60,673 nt of DNA from Patescibacteria group bacterium (GCA_018826905.1 JAHJYC010000004.1:1-60673); one strand, 5' to 3'. Positions 49,919 through 59,583 are shown, numbered from the stretch's first letter. Numbers and translations are program-made. The notes: generated by a model from the sequence alone, not told the origin.

Positions 49919-52654
49919 TTATGATAAGTATCGGGCTCTAATAGTATCTTCAACTGTAGCACGGTCTCGGCCATAGGTAAGATACGAAAGTTCACGAAGG
50001 TCATCCACTTGTGCAAGGTTCCCTTCGGCAAGGTTTCGCGTCTTTATATTAAATGGCTTCTGAGGAACTCCGTTGGCGAGCAGTTTAAGGTATGCGTTTC
50101 TGTTCTCAATATTTGTAAAATCAAGTGCAGAGAATGTTGGCTCAAACAGCTTTCCAAAGAATTCTCCATCTTCCTGACCAACACGGAATATTGCCATTGA
50201 TCCGACGTTACCAAAAACTGCATCACGAATCTTTTCGTCTACCTGAGCCAAGAACTGGTGTGCCATTGTCATGGACAACTTGTACTTACGAGCCTCAGAC
50301 AAGATGCCAGGAATAGAATCTGTCGTTATATTCTGGAACTCATCAACATAGAGGTAGAAAGGAGGGAAGTTGCCTCTTGGATTATCAGCACGCGAAAGCG
50401 CTGCCATAAAGAGCTTACCGATAATTATGAGACCAAGAAGGTTAGCATTCCTTTCTCCAAGTCTTCCTTTAGAGAGATTCACCAAAAGAATCTTTTTGGA
50501 ATCCATGATGTCCCTGAAGTTAAAGGAGCTATTCTGCTGTCCAACAATAGGACGCATGAAATCGTTTGCACTAAAGTCATCAAACTTGTTCGTAATGTAG
50601 GGAACAATATTCTGTAGACTTGCCTCTCCTTCTGCTTTTGTTGCAATCTCCTGCCAGAATTGATTCACGACAGGGTTTTTGCTCTTAGAAAGCTTTAAGT
50701 TTCTGAACTCTTGGTTTGAAAGTACTCGTGCAATATCAAGTAGTGTTGAGCCAGAAGCCGGGTCTTCCATGATAAGGAGGGTGGCATTTCTGAAGTACTG
50801 CTCAAAGGCAGGACCCATAGATTCAGGCACATCTCCATACAAACGTCTGAAGATCGCAAGAATCTCATTTACGATAAATGTCTTCTGTTCTGGATGTGCT
50901 GGGTCGTACTCAAGCAAATTAAGTCCTACGGGGCGGTCTATATACGCCGGGTCAAAGTAAATAACATCCTCATAGCGCTCAGAGGGAATCATAGCGAGCA
51001 CATCTAGAATGTCGTTTCCGTGAGGATCAATAAAACAGACACCGTTTCCATCACGAATATCTTGCTCTATGAGTGTTTTCAAGAAACCGGTCTTTCCAGT
51101 TCCTGTCTGTCCAATTACGTACAAGTGTCGCAGACGATCCTCATTTGAAAGACGTACGTCCGTCTGCTGTCCTCGGAATGCGTTAGCTCCGAGGACAATA
51201 CCTTCCTTTGGAAGTCCCATTGGAGCTGCTGCGGACGCAAACCGAGATTGCTTAAGGTGCGGAGATGACTCAATGCCCTGTGGCGGGAAATGATACAGGG
51301 AAGTTAGCTCTCGCAAAGAGAGAGGGAGAGCAGTTCCTGATCTATAAAGCCGGAACGAGTAGTCGCGCAGTAATTGCTTTTGTCCTGCCGCGTTAGGACG
51401 AAGGAATTGCAGACGGTTTCCAGTAGGAAGATCAAATTGATTAAATGCAGACTCCAACTCGCTCAGTATTTGCTGTGTCCGTGACTCATTCTGTGAAGAC
51501 ACTGCAATACGTATATTTGTTGCGACTATAGATGAGCTGATCTTTTTCTCAACCATCTCAACTGCTGTTTGATCCACAGGGTTCTGTGCGCTTTGCTTTT
51601 TAGGACTAATAAACAACCCTAATGCTTCTCTTCCCAAGTCCCCTACAAATGTTTCAGGGAGTGTAAAAGCGCGAGAACGGTGATCACCTTGCCTGAGTGA
51701 GTGCAAGATACGCTTATAGTGCTCTACATACTTATTTCCCTCAGGCTTGAAGATGATCTGTATTGATGCCCCTTCATCCTCTGGTGCAATCTTTGCAAAA
51801 GCATTAAGAATTGAATTGAGCGGATCATAATCAAAGTCCTGATAATCCTTAAGAGGAAGCATCGGCTTGTCTTTAAATGTCGCGACACTTGCAAGCGCAG
51901 ATCCCCCATCCGTAAAGACATTGTAATCATTTGGCTGAGCTGCTAGTACGGCGTCCGGGAAAATTGCCAGCAACTGCTTCTCAAACAAATCTCTTCGGGT
52001 ATTAGGTATCGCCGCATAGAACATAAGGTGCGAAGCATCAACCGGAACAGCTAGCTCAATCGTAAAATATGATGGTTCACCCATTCCCGCATGCTCAACT
52101 GCAAGCATTCCTGAATAGAATTGCTCCATTGAGGAAATGAGCTCTTTCAAAGTACGCACCCGGGAATCCGTATCTTTTTCCGGTTCTGGGAGTGCAACCT
52201 CATACAACGTCATGCGGAGTGCTTTCCACTCTGGTTGCTTTTCTGACAGACCCTTAGGCTCCATCCCTGCTACCAAGTACTGCACAAGAAAACGGTGGAA
52301 GTCATCTTCCAAGTGAGGATTATTCAGCTTTGCAAGTATAGAAAAGGCATTGTGTATACCTTTTTCCTCCATGACACCACGTAGCTCGCTAATAGTGGCA
52401 TCGTTCTCTTCTGGATCCAGATTAAGGACGAGCGCATCAGCGTGTTGCTGAGCTTCAGTCTCATTTAGTTTGTAGTGCGGTGCGAGTGCTTCCGCCTCGC
52501 TCATGCGGTGATGCAGAATGCGCTCGTGCGCGATCTCCTCACGAGGCTGGTCTCGTTGTAGGGCTGCGAGTTCTGCTTCCTTTGCAGCAATTTGTTCACG
52601 TAGATATTTAAGCTCGTCCTCAGGACTTGCTACATGACGTATAGGACCCTCCAT
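49919..52654 (-). CDS. VirD4/TraD/HerA-like coupling ATPase with a large N-terminal domain
   Basis: Walker A GQTGTGKT, FIDPHG, Walker B LYVDEFQ, SEARKY and AHQ motifs. Confidence 0.88.
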   Translation of the reverse strand: MEGPIRHVASPEDELKYLREQIAAKEAELAALQRDQPREEIAHERILHHRMSEAEALAPHYKLNETEAQQHADALVLNLDPEENDATISELRGVMEEKGIHNAFSILAKLNNPHLEDDFHRFLVQYLVAGMEPKGLSEKQPEWKALRMTLYEVALPEPEKDTDSRVRTLKELISSMEQFYSGMLAVEHAGMGEPSYFTIELAVPVDASHLMFYAAIPNTRRDLFEKQLLAIFPDAVLAAQPNDYNVFTDGGSALASVATFKDKPMLPLKDYQDFDYDPLNSILNAFAKIAPEDEGASIQIIFKPEGNKYVEHYKRILHSLRQGDHRSRAFTLPETFVGDLGREALGLFISPKKQSAQNPVDQTAVEMVEKKISSSIVATNIRIAVSSQNESRTQQILSELESAFNQFDLPTGNRLQFLRPNAAGQKQLLRDYSFRLYRSGTALPLSLRELTSLYHFPPQGIESSPHLKQSRFASAAAPMGLPKEGIVLGANAFRGQQTDVRLSNEDRLRHLYVIGQTGTGKTGFLKTLIEQDIRDGNGVCFIDPHGNDILDVLAMIPSERYEDVIYFDPAYIDRPVGLNLLEYDPAHPEQKTFIVNEILAIFRRLYGDVPESMGPAFEQYFRNATLLIMEDPASGSTLLDIARVLSNQEFRNLKLSKSKNPVVNQFWQEIATKAEGEASLQNIVPYITNKFDDFSANDFMRPIVGQQNSSFNFRDIMDSKKILLVNLSKGRLGERNANLLGLIIIGKLFMAALSRADNPRGNFPPFYLYVDEFQNITTDSIPGILSEARKYKLSMTMAHQFLAQVDEKIRDAVFGNVGSMAIFRVGQEDGEFFGKLFEPTFSALDFTNIENRNAYLKLLANGVPQKPFNIKTRNLAEGNLAQVDDLRELSYLTYGRDRATVEDTIRARYLS

Positions 52655-52712
52655 TACTCTTTAGTATACGGCACAGAGATGAGCATCTGTGTTTTTAAAG
52701 AGGATAAATCGC

Positions 52713-53045
52713 TTAGTCTCGCTTAAGAGAACCGAAGAGTGCAGTAACAAGAGATACTACAATTGAGAAGAAGAATGCTGACCAGAATCCCGCAACGACA
52801 AAGTCGGGAACTATTACTCCCGCGAACATAATGAGGAGGGCGTTAACGACGAGTGAAAACAGTCCGAGTGTCACTATATTTATTGGGAGAGTAAGAAGAC
52901 CAATTATTGGCTTCAAGAAAATATTTATGACCGCAAGCACAATAGCGAGCACGAGTGCTCCTATGATGGTTATTTCAATACCAGGAATCAAATACGCACC
53001 GATACCAATCGCGAGCGCGGAAATAAATAAATGAAGTAGAGTCAT
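52713..53045 (-). CDS. Four-TM phage-holin-family (YvlD-like) membrane protein
   Basis: INIFLKPIIGLLTLPINIVTLGLFSLVVNA motif. Confidence 0.85.
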   Translation of the reverse strand: MTLLHLFISALAIGIGAYLIPGIEITIIGALVLAIVLAVINIFLKPIIGLLTLPINIVTLGLFSLVVNALLIMFAGVIVPDFVVAGFWSAFFFSIVVSLVTALFGSLKRD

Positions 53046-53109
53046 GAGAAGTCCGTCTTATATGAGTAACTTATATACAGCATAGCGCATTTTTTATGAG
53101 GTGTTCATG

Positions 53110-53144
53110 AAAAAGCCCCGCACACTCTAAACGAGCGGCGGGGC
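53110..53144 (-). terminator. Intrinsic terminator of the GC-rich orphan gene
   Basis: GCCCCGC/GCGGGGC stem followed by a T-run on the minus strand. Confidence 0.6.
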
Positions 53145-53167
53145 CAAGGTTGCAGCATTGTTTCTTC

Positions 53168-54322
53168 TTAAGCGGCGTAGGCGATCTCTGCGTCCAGAAT
53201 CAGGGCCGGATGGTCCGGTCCCATGTCCTGAACACGCGTCCAGGTGACGATGTCACCCATCTGAATGTCCAGAATGCCGTCGTCGGTGCGAAGATCGCTC
53301 TTCTGACCGTCGATGATTCCGTACGGAGAGATCAGGCTTTGCCGAATTTGGAACTTCTTCGGCGGGCCGTCTTCTTGCGGTTGCTCGACGAGCCCCCACC
53401 CTCCACAGCCCATATCGGGGGCATAGAAGGAGACGATGCCGCCACCGCCACCCATGGAGAAGCTCACATTCCGGCGAACCGGATAGTTGCGCTTCTTGCC
53501 ATCGGCCGCGGGCAGGGTTTCCAGGTTGCGAAGAATGCAGTGCCTGAAGGTCGGCAGTTGCAGAACGTGCGCCCGGATATCAAACCCGGGATGCGCGTCC
53601 TTCGGAACGAACACGACTTGTTCCGCCAGCTCCCGTACTTCAGGGTTCTGGAAGATGTCCTCGTGCATCTCCGCCGGATAGGGCGAGGGCGCACTCAGAC
53701 GATGCACGTTCCCTGCCCACCGATTGAGGGCAACGAGCCTGAAGGTCTTGCCGTCGTCATCCGTCAGGATGATCAACTGCACGAGCTGAATCAGGCCCGT
53801 CTTGTTCACGATCCAGATGTCGGTCCGGTTGGAGCCGAATCCTTCATGACGGTTATTCGCCGTCATGACCGCGAGCGGTCCGCGGTTCTCGGCCGCCTGC
53901 AGCATTTGGTTGCGCTTTGCGAAGCGCACCTCAGTTGAAGGAAGCCGATAGACGCAGAGATTGTCTTTTCGCTCGGCGAGATCGTAGCGCAACACCTCGT
54001 AGTTGGCGTTGCCCGGGCGCTGGGTGACGAGCACCTGGCGTTCCGAGCTGCGGATGAAGCGAATGCTTGCCCGCAGCGCAGTGACGAGGCTATCCTTGCG
54101 GCGCATGGCCTGACCCACGCTTCCCACCGAACCCCAGAGGTGTGCGGCCGGAATGTTGATCACGCCGGTTTCGTTGTTGATGGTGCAGGATTTCCAGTTT
54201 CTGCCGTCGTCCTTTTCACCAACACGAACCTGGACCGAGAAGCACAGGTCCAGTCCGCATTCAGTCGGGAAAACGCGCGAGAATTGATCGTGCGCATCCG
54301 TCTTTTGAGCCAGAGCAGTCAT
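53168..54322 (-). CDS. GC-rich orphan hypothetical protein, possibly with a C-terminal OB-fold
   Basis: 384-aa ORF with AAGGAG SD, own promoter and terminator, GC clearly above the flanks. Confidence 0.7.
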   Translation of the reverse strand: MTALAQKTDAHDQFSRVFPTECGLDLCFSVQVRVGEKDDGRNWKSCTINNETGVINIPAAHLWGSVGSVGQAMRRKDSLVTALRASIRFIRSSERQVLVTQRPGNANYEVLRYDLAERKDNLCVYRLPSTEVRFAKRNQMLQAAENRGPLAVMTANNRHEGFGSNRTDIWIVNKTGLIQLVQLIILTDDDGKTFRLVALNRWAGNVHRLSAPSPYPAEMHEDIFQNPEVRELAEQVVFVPKDAHPGFDIRAHVLQLPTFRHCILRNLETLPAADGKKRNYPVRRNVSFSMGGGGGIVSFYAPDMGCGGWGLVEQPQEDGPPKKFQIRQSLISPYGIIDGQKSDLRTDDGILDIQMGDIVTWTRVQDMGPDHPALILDAEIAYAA

Positions 54323-54433
54323 ACTGTTCTCTCCTTGGGCATAGATGCCCGCTTAAGTTGAAACTATGTCGCTATAAAGAGCGGCGATCCGAATTATCAA
54401 ACTCAACCGAGGTTAAGTTCAATAGGCGAATCA

Positions 54434-55378
54434 CTACGAGAGTTGCAACTGCAACCCCTTCAAAACAATCTGCTGCAATTCTTCCCACTCTATGCGGGTA
54501 TCGTCACTCTTTTCTCCTACGTTAAGAAGTGAGTTCGTTGCAGGATCTAGATACCAGGAAGCTATTCCCTCCACCCTCCCAACTGAGAAAAGTGCATCTT
54601 CATCTGCTGGGAGAGTGAGGCCGCGAAGTTCAGCCTCACGCATGCGAATCAAGGCTGCTACATTCGTAAGATCTACCTTCACTTCCTGTCTTGTTATGAC
54701 GCATGTACGCGAGCGATCTTCATTCTTCTGCACAACGACATCAGCACGTACTCCATTCCAAGAGCGAAGGTAGGTGGGCATAGATGTCTTATCTGAAACA
54801 ACAAACACCACCTTAAGCTTCTTGTTTTCTTGCGTGGCTTTAGCTTCAGAGTATCTTCCATCAGCTTTCTTTTTTACTATCTCTTCTGGAATTCCCACGT
54901 GGTGTTCCCAGGCAGCGAAGTAATGAGCATCAAGTAAAGGTAGAACGATGTCTACGATTTTCTGAGGATCGTTCGAATACTTTTTCTTTAGCGAAGAAAC
55001 AAGTCCTGATAGACCGAAGGCTCTGTCTATAGGATCTGCAGACAACGTACCCTTACCCTCTGCATCATCACGCTTTGCGTACGTGAGTAACTTTTTAACT
55101 GAAGGATCTTTTGAGAGTCCAAGGTATTCAGCTACCAGCTCTGTTGCACACTTATCAGTGCCATGATGATCAAAAGGGCCTTTGCCTGAATCAATCATGA
55201 GTATGCCATCAGCACAAAGCTCCTTAAAGCTCCTTGTAGGAGGCGTCTCATCAATTGTTACTTTTGCAGTCTCAACACCAGGAAACTGCTGCTTTCCGAA
55301 GGTTTGCAACAGAAAAATAGCAACCAGCGTATCTGGCTGAGGACGTACGGGCAGTACAATCGTATGAATGCGCTCCAC
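54434..55378 (-). CDS. DHH-superfamily-like hypothetical protein
   Basis: RPQPD near the N-terminus and GPFDHHG motif; GTG start preceded by TATACT. Confidence 0.6.
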   Translation of the reverse strand: MERIHTIVLPVRPQPDTLVAIFLLQTFGKQQFPGVETAKVTIDETPPTRSFKELCADGILMIDSGKGPFDHHGTDKCATELVAEYLGLSKDPSVKKLLTYAKRDDAEGKGTLSADPIDRAFGLSGLVSSLKKKYSNDPQKIVDIVLPLLDAHYFAAWEHHVGIPEEIVKKKADGRYSEAKATQENKKLKVVFVVSDKTSMPTYLRSWNGVRADVVVQKNEDRSRTCVITRQEVKVDLTNVAALIRMREAELRGLTLPADEDALFSVGRVEGIASWYLDPATNSLLNVGEKSDDTRIEWEELQQIVLKGLQLQLS

Positions 55379-55419
55379 CTATATATAGTATAACTTTAGA
55401 CTAAAAAGTCAAGGCCTTT

Positions 55420-56100
55420 CTACCTCGCAAACCTAAAGCTTTCTACTATCTCATCTAGGGAGTTATAGGCTGTATTTAGGGTCTCCTCAGAGATATCTCC
55501 CTCACCAACACCATCCTCCTTATAGCTAGACCCCACACGAATCTTCTCAAGTGCAATGCACTGCTCCTCATGGATTGTTCTGTACGAAACTCCCTCAACG
55601 TACTGCATCATCCCTGCATTCTGGAAAGAGAATACTTTAAAAGTTGTTCCATTAATCTCTCTGTCAGCGAGTGCTATCTCTCCTTGATCCTTTGTTGCAA
55701 CTAAGCAGGTACGAAGTGTCTCCGGGTCTGCGCTCGCTCCAATGCGAACAAGGGTGGTGTAGTACCTCGGGTATGAAGTTGTACTTTCTGTAGTGAACGG
55801 CACTAGCTCAAGAACCTGATTTCCAACTTCATCTTCTGTTGCAGAAGCCCTCCAAGCAGCTGGTAAATGATACGCAGTGCTAAATTCGTAGTTAACAACA
55901 GAATTCTCTGGATAGAGAACGGTAAAACCATAAATACCATTTGTGTAAATCGCTTTGCTCTCTGAAAGCTCAGGAACAATAATCTGTACATTTTCTTCTT
56001 GGCGCAATGTGACCCCACTTGTGTGTACTAAATACCACGCTACTCCCCCAGCAATTCCAAGTAGAAGAAGGAGAAAGATAAAGAAAGTAGCTTTATTCAT
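55420..56100 (-). CDS. Membrane-anchored exported protein, PsbP-like
   Basis: N-terminal TM, YTNGIYGFTVLYP, C-terminal IVESFRF. Confidence 0.65.
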   Translation of the reverse strand: MNKATFFIFLLLLLGIAGGVAWYLVHTSGVTLRQEENVQIIVPELSESKAIYTNGIYGFTVLYPENSVVNYEFSTAYHLPAAWRASATEDEVGNQVLELVPFTTESTTSYPRYYTTLVRIGASADPETLRTCLVATKDQGEIALADREINGTTFKVFSFQNAGMMQYVEGVSYRTIHEEQCIALEKIRVGSSYKEDGVGEGDISEETLNTAYNSLDEIVESFRFAR

Positions 56101-56136
56101 AGGCCCTAGTATACGTGATTTTGTTAAAGCGTTCTA

Positions 56137-56568
56137 TTAGGAAGCGAGCCTGTAAAGTTCTTGTACCTTAACCGTATCGCCATCTACTATGCCCACAACT
56201 CTGATTTCCTCATCAGCAGATACGGGTGCTGCAGGCTGCTGTCGTGAGCAGGGCAGATTCTCCTGTGCACAGGAATCCTGATTCTCAAACACGAGTCTCT
56301 TTGTCTTCACTTGCGGCTTTCCGCTCTGCGTATACGTTGTATACAGAAGAAACGGTTTTCCAGGCAATCCCTGACTTGTATCAATAAGCACGGTTCCACT
56401 TTCGTTAAATAGTTCTGTAGGAGCCTCCTCTGAAAGCACCACGCCTGCAACGAGCGAGGAACTAGGAATAACCCCTACAGATGGACTCTCCTCAATACGC
56501 CCATTGATCCAGAGGTATCCTGCACCGAGCACTAAAAAGACTGATATCAGTTTAATAAGAATTCCCAT
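56137..56568 (-). CDS. Membrane-anchored hypothetical protein
   Basis: N-terminal TM; OB-like IRVVGIVDGDTVKV C-terminus. Confidence 0.6.
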   Translation of the reverse strand: MGILIKLISVFLVLGAGYLWINGRIEESPSVGVIPSSSLVAGVVLSEEAPTELFNESGTVLIDTSQGLPGKPFLLYTTYTQSGKPQVKTKRLVFENQDSCAQENLPCSRQQPAAPVSADEEIRVVGIVDGDTVKVQELYRLAS

Positions 56569-56587
56569 ATATAAGTTCCGAAGTGTA

Positions 56588-57499
56588 TCAGCGAGACCCT
56601 GAGGTGTTTATGAATTGAAGTGAGGACTCTGTATTCATCTGTTCTTTAAAGAAGAGACTTTTAAAAATACGCTGACTAGAAGATTCCTTTGGAGTTGTTG
56701 AGGCGGTGCTTGATGCTGTTGTAGTTGCCTGCACCTTCACAAGTACAGGAATTGCTGTTTCTGTATTCTTTTCAGAAGAATCAAGCGATTCAATCTGAGT
56801 GGTGGACGCTACGGTAACTGAAAGAGCAGAGGCAAGACGAGCTCGCTCATCTCCAAATTGCTTTGTCTTCTCAAGAATATGCGTACGAAACTCATCATCG
56901 TCCTGCTCCCCCTTTTTATTCTCCAATTGCTCAGAGCGCAGAGCCAGGCCAGCCTCAGCGAGTGTGCGCACTGCAAGTGCTTCGGATACTCGTCCGGTTG
57001 CCTCAATTGAAGACGCTTCCTCTTCTATATCCTCCACATGGGAATCAAAACGAGCAGCAAGATCCCTAGACGTCTTTGCGTTTAATTTGCCTGTTGTTGC
57101 AAGAATAGAGACCTCTTCAACTCTGCGAACAGCAAGCTTTGTTGCAATTTCAGCTTTCTCTTCTCCTCCAGAAGCAAAAGCAAGTTCAAGAGGCTCTCTC
57201 ACAGAAACTTTTACTGGGTACAATAAATCTCCAGGAAGGGCTTTCTCTGAAGCGAGAGTCATTTGCGTTCCAGTTCCAATAATAAGAACTGCCGCAAATG
57301 CAGCTATTGCAGATGTTCGCGTACGGAAATAGGAAAGGAAAGAAAAAGTAGATTTGCGAACCAGAACTGCTTCCTCCTTAAGTTCATGAAGGTCCGCATA
57401 TGCAGAAAGTTCTGCTCGCATACGGGCACGAGAAGACTCCCCCAGCTTTATATGGGAAAGGGTGCGAATGTATTCAGTTATATTCTTTCGCTTATTCAT
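56588..57499 (-). CDS. Putative anti-sigma factor (DUF5667-like)
   Basis: Overlaps the ECF sigma stop; TM followed by ALPGDLLYPVK motif. Confidence 0.75.
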   Translation of the reverse strand: MNKRKNITEYIRTLSHIKLGESSRARMRAELSAYADLHELKEEAVLVRKSTFSFLSYFRTRTSAIAAFAAVLIIGTGTQMTLASEKALPGDLLYPVKVSVREPLELAFASGGEEKAEIATKLAVRRVEEVSILATTGKLNAKTSRDLAARFDSHVEDIEEEASSIEATGRVSEALAVRTLAEAGLALRSEQLENKKGEQDDDEFRTHILEKTKQFGDERARLASALSVTVASTTQIESLDSSEKNTETAIPVLVKVQATTTASSTASTTPKESSSQRIFKSLFFKEQMNTESSLQFINTSGSR

Positions 57500-58007
57500 G
57501 GGTCTCATCGGTGTGCATAATAGCTCGCACTTTCTTCATCGCTCTATTTATTCTAACTGATACAGCATTAGCTGTGTCTCCTGTTATACCTGCGATGTCT
57601 TGCGGGGAGAGGCCCTCTACATAGCGCATAAGTACTGCCTCCCTTGAAACATCATCCAGCTGGCGTATCACAGACAATGCTTCCTTCACTTGAGCAGAGT
57701 CTTCAATGTCTGTAGCGTCATCTCCTTTAAACTCAAAACCTTGTTCAGAAAGGACATCCAATGATTGCTCTTTCTTTTTGCGGTACCAATCAATAACAAG
57801 GTTCCGAGCGATGGTATAGAGAAGCGCTCGCTCGCTTCGCATATGCGTCCCTTCTCGTATGGCCTGCCAGAATCGTGTGAACACCTCTTGCGTGAGGTCT
57901 TCAGCAAGCTCAGAAGAACTCACCTTAAGGACACAAAAGCGATAGATATCGCTCACATACGTATCATATATTTGAAGGAAATATGCCTTGCTATCTTCTT
58001 GGTCCAT
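57492..58007 (-). CDS. ECF RNA polymerase sigma factor
   Basis: AEDLTQEVF, LYTIARNLVIDWYRK, and region 4 EGLSPQDIA...VSVRINRA. Confidence 0.93.
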   Translation of the reverse strand: MDQEDSKAYFLQIYDTYVSDIYRFCVLKVSSSELAEDLTQEVFTRFWQAIREGTHMRSERALLYTIARNLVIDWYRKKKEQSLDVLSEQGFEFKGDDATDIEDSAQVKEALSVIRQLDDVSREAVLMRYVEGLSPQDIAGITGDTANAVSVRINRAMKKVRAIMHTDETHE

Positions 58008-58088
58008 AGAGTATGACGTACAGCTGGACTGATTCTTATCAGCCAAAGTGTCTCTAGATACTGTCATGGATACGCGTTTAATGCCATA

Positions 58089-58137
58089 AAGAAATACAAA
58101 AAGCGCACGTAACGTACGTGCGCTTTTTGTATTTCTT
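58089..58137. terminator. Long perfect hairpin, bidirectional-terminator-like
   Basis: 23-bp stem AAGAAATACAAAAAGCGCACGTA/TACGTGCGCTTTTTGTATTTCTT with a 3-nt loop. Confidence 0.75.
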
Positions 58138-58139
58138 GC

Positions 58140-58574
58140 TTACTTAGTTTTCTTTGTTGCCTTCTTAACGACCTTTTTTACCGCTTTCTTCACCGCCGGC
58201 TTTGGAGCCATCTCTTTACGAAGCTTCGTCCAATTTCCCTTAAGCTCTGCCACTGCCTCTTTTAGTTCTTTTGGAGTTACCTCCTGCATACCCTTGTATG
58301 TTTTCGCTGCATTATCAACGATTGCCGCAAGTGCTGCCTCGTCTAGCTTCTTAAGCTTCTTTGCCTCGCGGATAACGTCTTTCTTAAGACCTGTTACCCA
58401 CTTCGCAGTTGCCTGACGATGCTTTTTTGCATTCTTAGTGCCATAAAAATAATAGCCAGCTGCTCCTGCTGCAGCAACTGCCGCAAGAACTCCTGCGCCA
58501 ATCTCAACAGCGTCCATTTTGCTCATCTTTTTCTTCGCTACCACTTTCTTTTTTGCTGCTTTTTTCGGTGCCAT
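58140..58574 (-). CDS. Lys/Ala-rich protein with a central hydrophobic segment (YtxH-like core, histone-H1-like tails)
   Basis: MAPKKAAKKK...; GAGVLAAVAAAGAAGYYFYG; ...VKKAVKKVVKKATKKTK. Confidence 0.65.
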   Translation of the reverse strand: MAPKKAAKKKVVAKKKMSKMDAVEIGAGVLAAVAAAGAAGYYFYGTKNAKKHRQATAKWVTGLKKDVIREAKKLKKLDEAALAAIVDNAAKTYKGMQEVTPKELKEAVAELKGNWTKLRKEMAPKPAVKKAVKKVVKKATKKTK

Positions 58575-58583
58575 GATAGATAA

Positions 58584-58874
58584 TTACTCTTTAGTAGTTG
58601 TTGTCTTTTTTGAGCGTCGCTTTGGTTTTGCAAACCCTCCAATTAAAGATATTAGTTGTCCGAACCGGTGCCCCTCTTTCTTAACTCGCTCTCGCACTTC
58701 TCTAATATCATCTCGTATCTGTTCGCTTTCTTCAACAACAATGTCGGTGACTTCCTCAATGTTTTTCAGAACACGCAACACCCGGACTAGAACTAGCACC
58801 AAGAGGACAGATAGCACAACAGCCGCAGCTGTTGCTACGATAAAAAAGATATCCATCTTGAGAAAGTCATCCAT
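58584..58874 (-). CDS. Single-TM coiled-coil small protein (YtxG/DUF948-like)
   Basis: DIFFIVAT TM segment followed by a coiled coil and basic tail. Confidence 0.6.
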   Translation of the reverse strand: MDDFLKMDIFFIVATAAAVVLSVLLVLVLVRVLRVLKNIEEVTDIVVEESEQIRDDIREVRERVKKEGHRFGQLISLIGGFAKPKRRSKKTTTTKE

Positions 58875-58928
58875 CCGTCTGTGTATGGTAGCCCGCCTAC
58901 GTTAAAGAGGCTACCCGTGGATGGGGAT

Positions 58929-59165
58929 TCAATCCGAACGCACTTGGACAAAGCGCGGTCCTGAGTATCCGATCTCTGGCTTATCTACGCTTTCCACAAA
59001 CATTGAAAGAGGACGTACAAACAACTCCGCTGCAGCGTCCTCATAGAGGGGCCTGTACACTACCATTTGCTCCCTAGACTCTGTATGAAGCGCGACACCA
59101 ACAACTTCATACTCCTTTTTAGGATCTTTGAAATGCGTATATACGCCAGAAGGAAGGTTATTCAT
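58929..59165 (-). CDS. DUF1653 family protein
   Basis: GVYTHFK, YEVVGVALHTE, VVYRPLY, FVRPLSMF and PRF motifs. Confidence 0.88.
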   Translation of the reverse strand: MNNLPSGVYTHFKDPKKEYEVVGVALHTESREQMVVYRPLYEDAAAELFVRPLSMFVESVDKPEIGYSGPRFVQVRSD

Positions 59166-59583
59166 GCTCTTTAGTATAAACGATACCCTTCTTCCAGTTT
59201 TCAAGAACCCTTTTACTTGGAAGGAATATATCCTCTGGAAGCTCCTCAAGATTAAACCACTTCCAATTACGAGATTTATGAGGCTCCATAACAACGGGCT
59301 CTCCTTCTAAACAGTCTGCGAGCATTCCAATACTTACGAAATGTTTATCGTACACACAATCATTACTTATACTTATGAGTCCCTGTACTAAGAGATTTGT
59401 AAGGCCTGTCTCCTCATACACCTCTCTGCAGGTAGTTTCCTCAAAAGTTTCTCCTCCTTCAATAAACCCTCCGGGCAATGCCCACAATCCTGCACCATGA
59501 CTGCCTGCTCGCATTCCCAAAAGTATCTTTCCAGCGCGCCGGATAACCACTCCGACTCCAACCCTAGGACGATCGTATTCCAT
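59158..59583 (-). CDS. NUDIX hydrolase (MutT/NUDT15-like)
   Basis: PRVGVG, PGGFIEGGETFEETTCREVYEETGL and EPHK motifs. Confidence 0.9.
   Translation of the reverse strand: MEYDRPRVGVGVVIRRAGKILLGMRAGSHGAGLWALPGGFIEGGETFEETTCREVYEETGLTNLLVQGLISISNDCVYDKHFVSIGMLADCLEGEPVVMEPHKSRNWKWFNLEELPEDIFLPSKRVLENWKKGIVYTKEHE

Noticed and set aside
52713-53045. Holin as a prophage marker
   Set aside because: YvlD-like proteins are common chromosomal genes; no endolysin, capsid, terminase or integrase is nearby.
53150-53938. 262-aa plus-strand ORF
   Set aside because: Antisense shadow of the GC-rich minus-strand gene, which has the promoter, SD and terminator.
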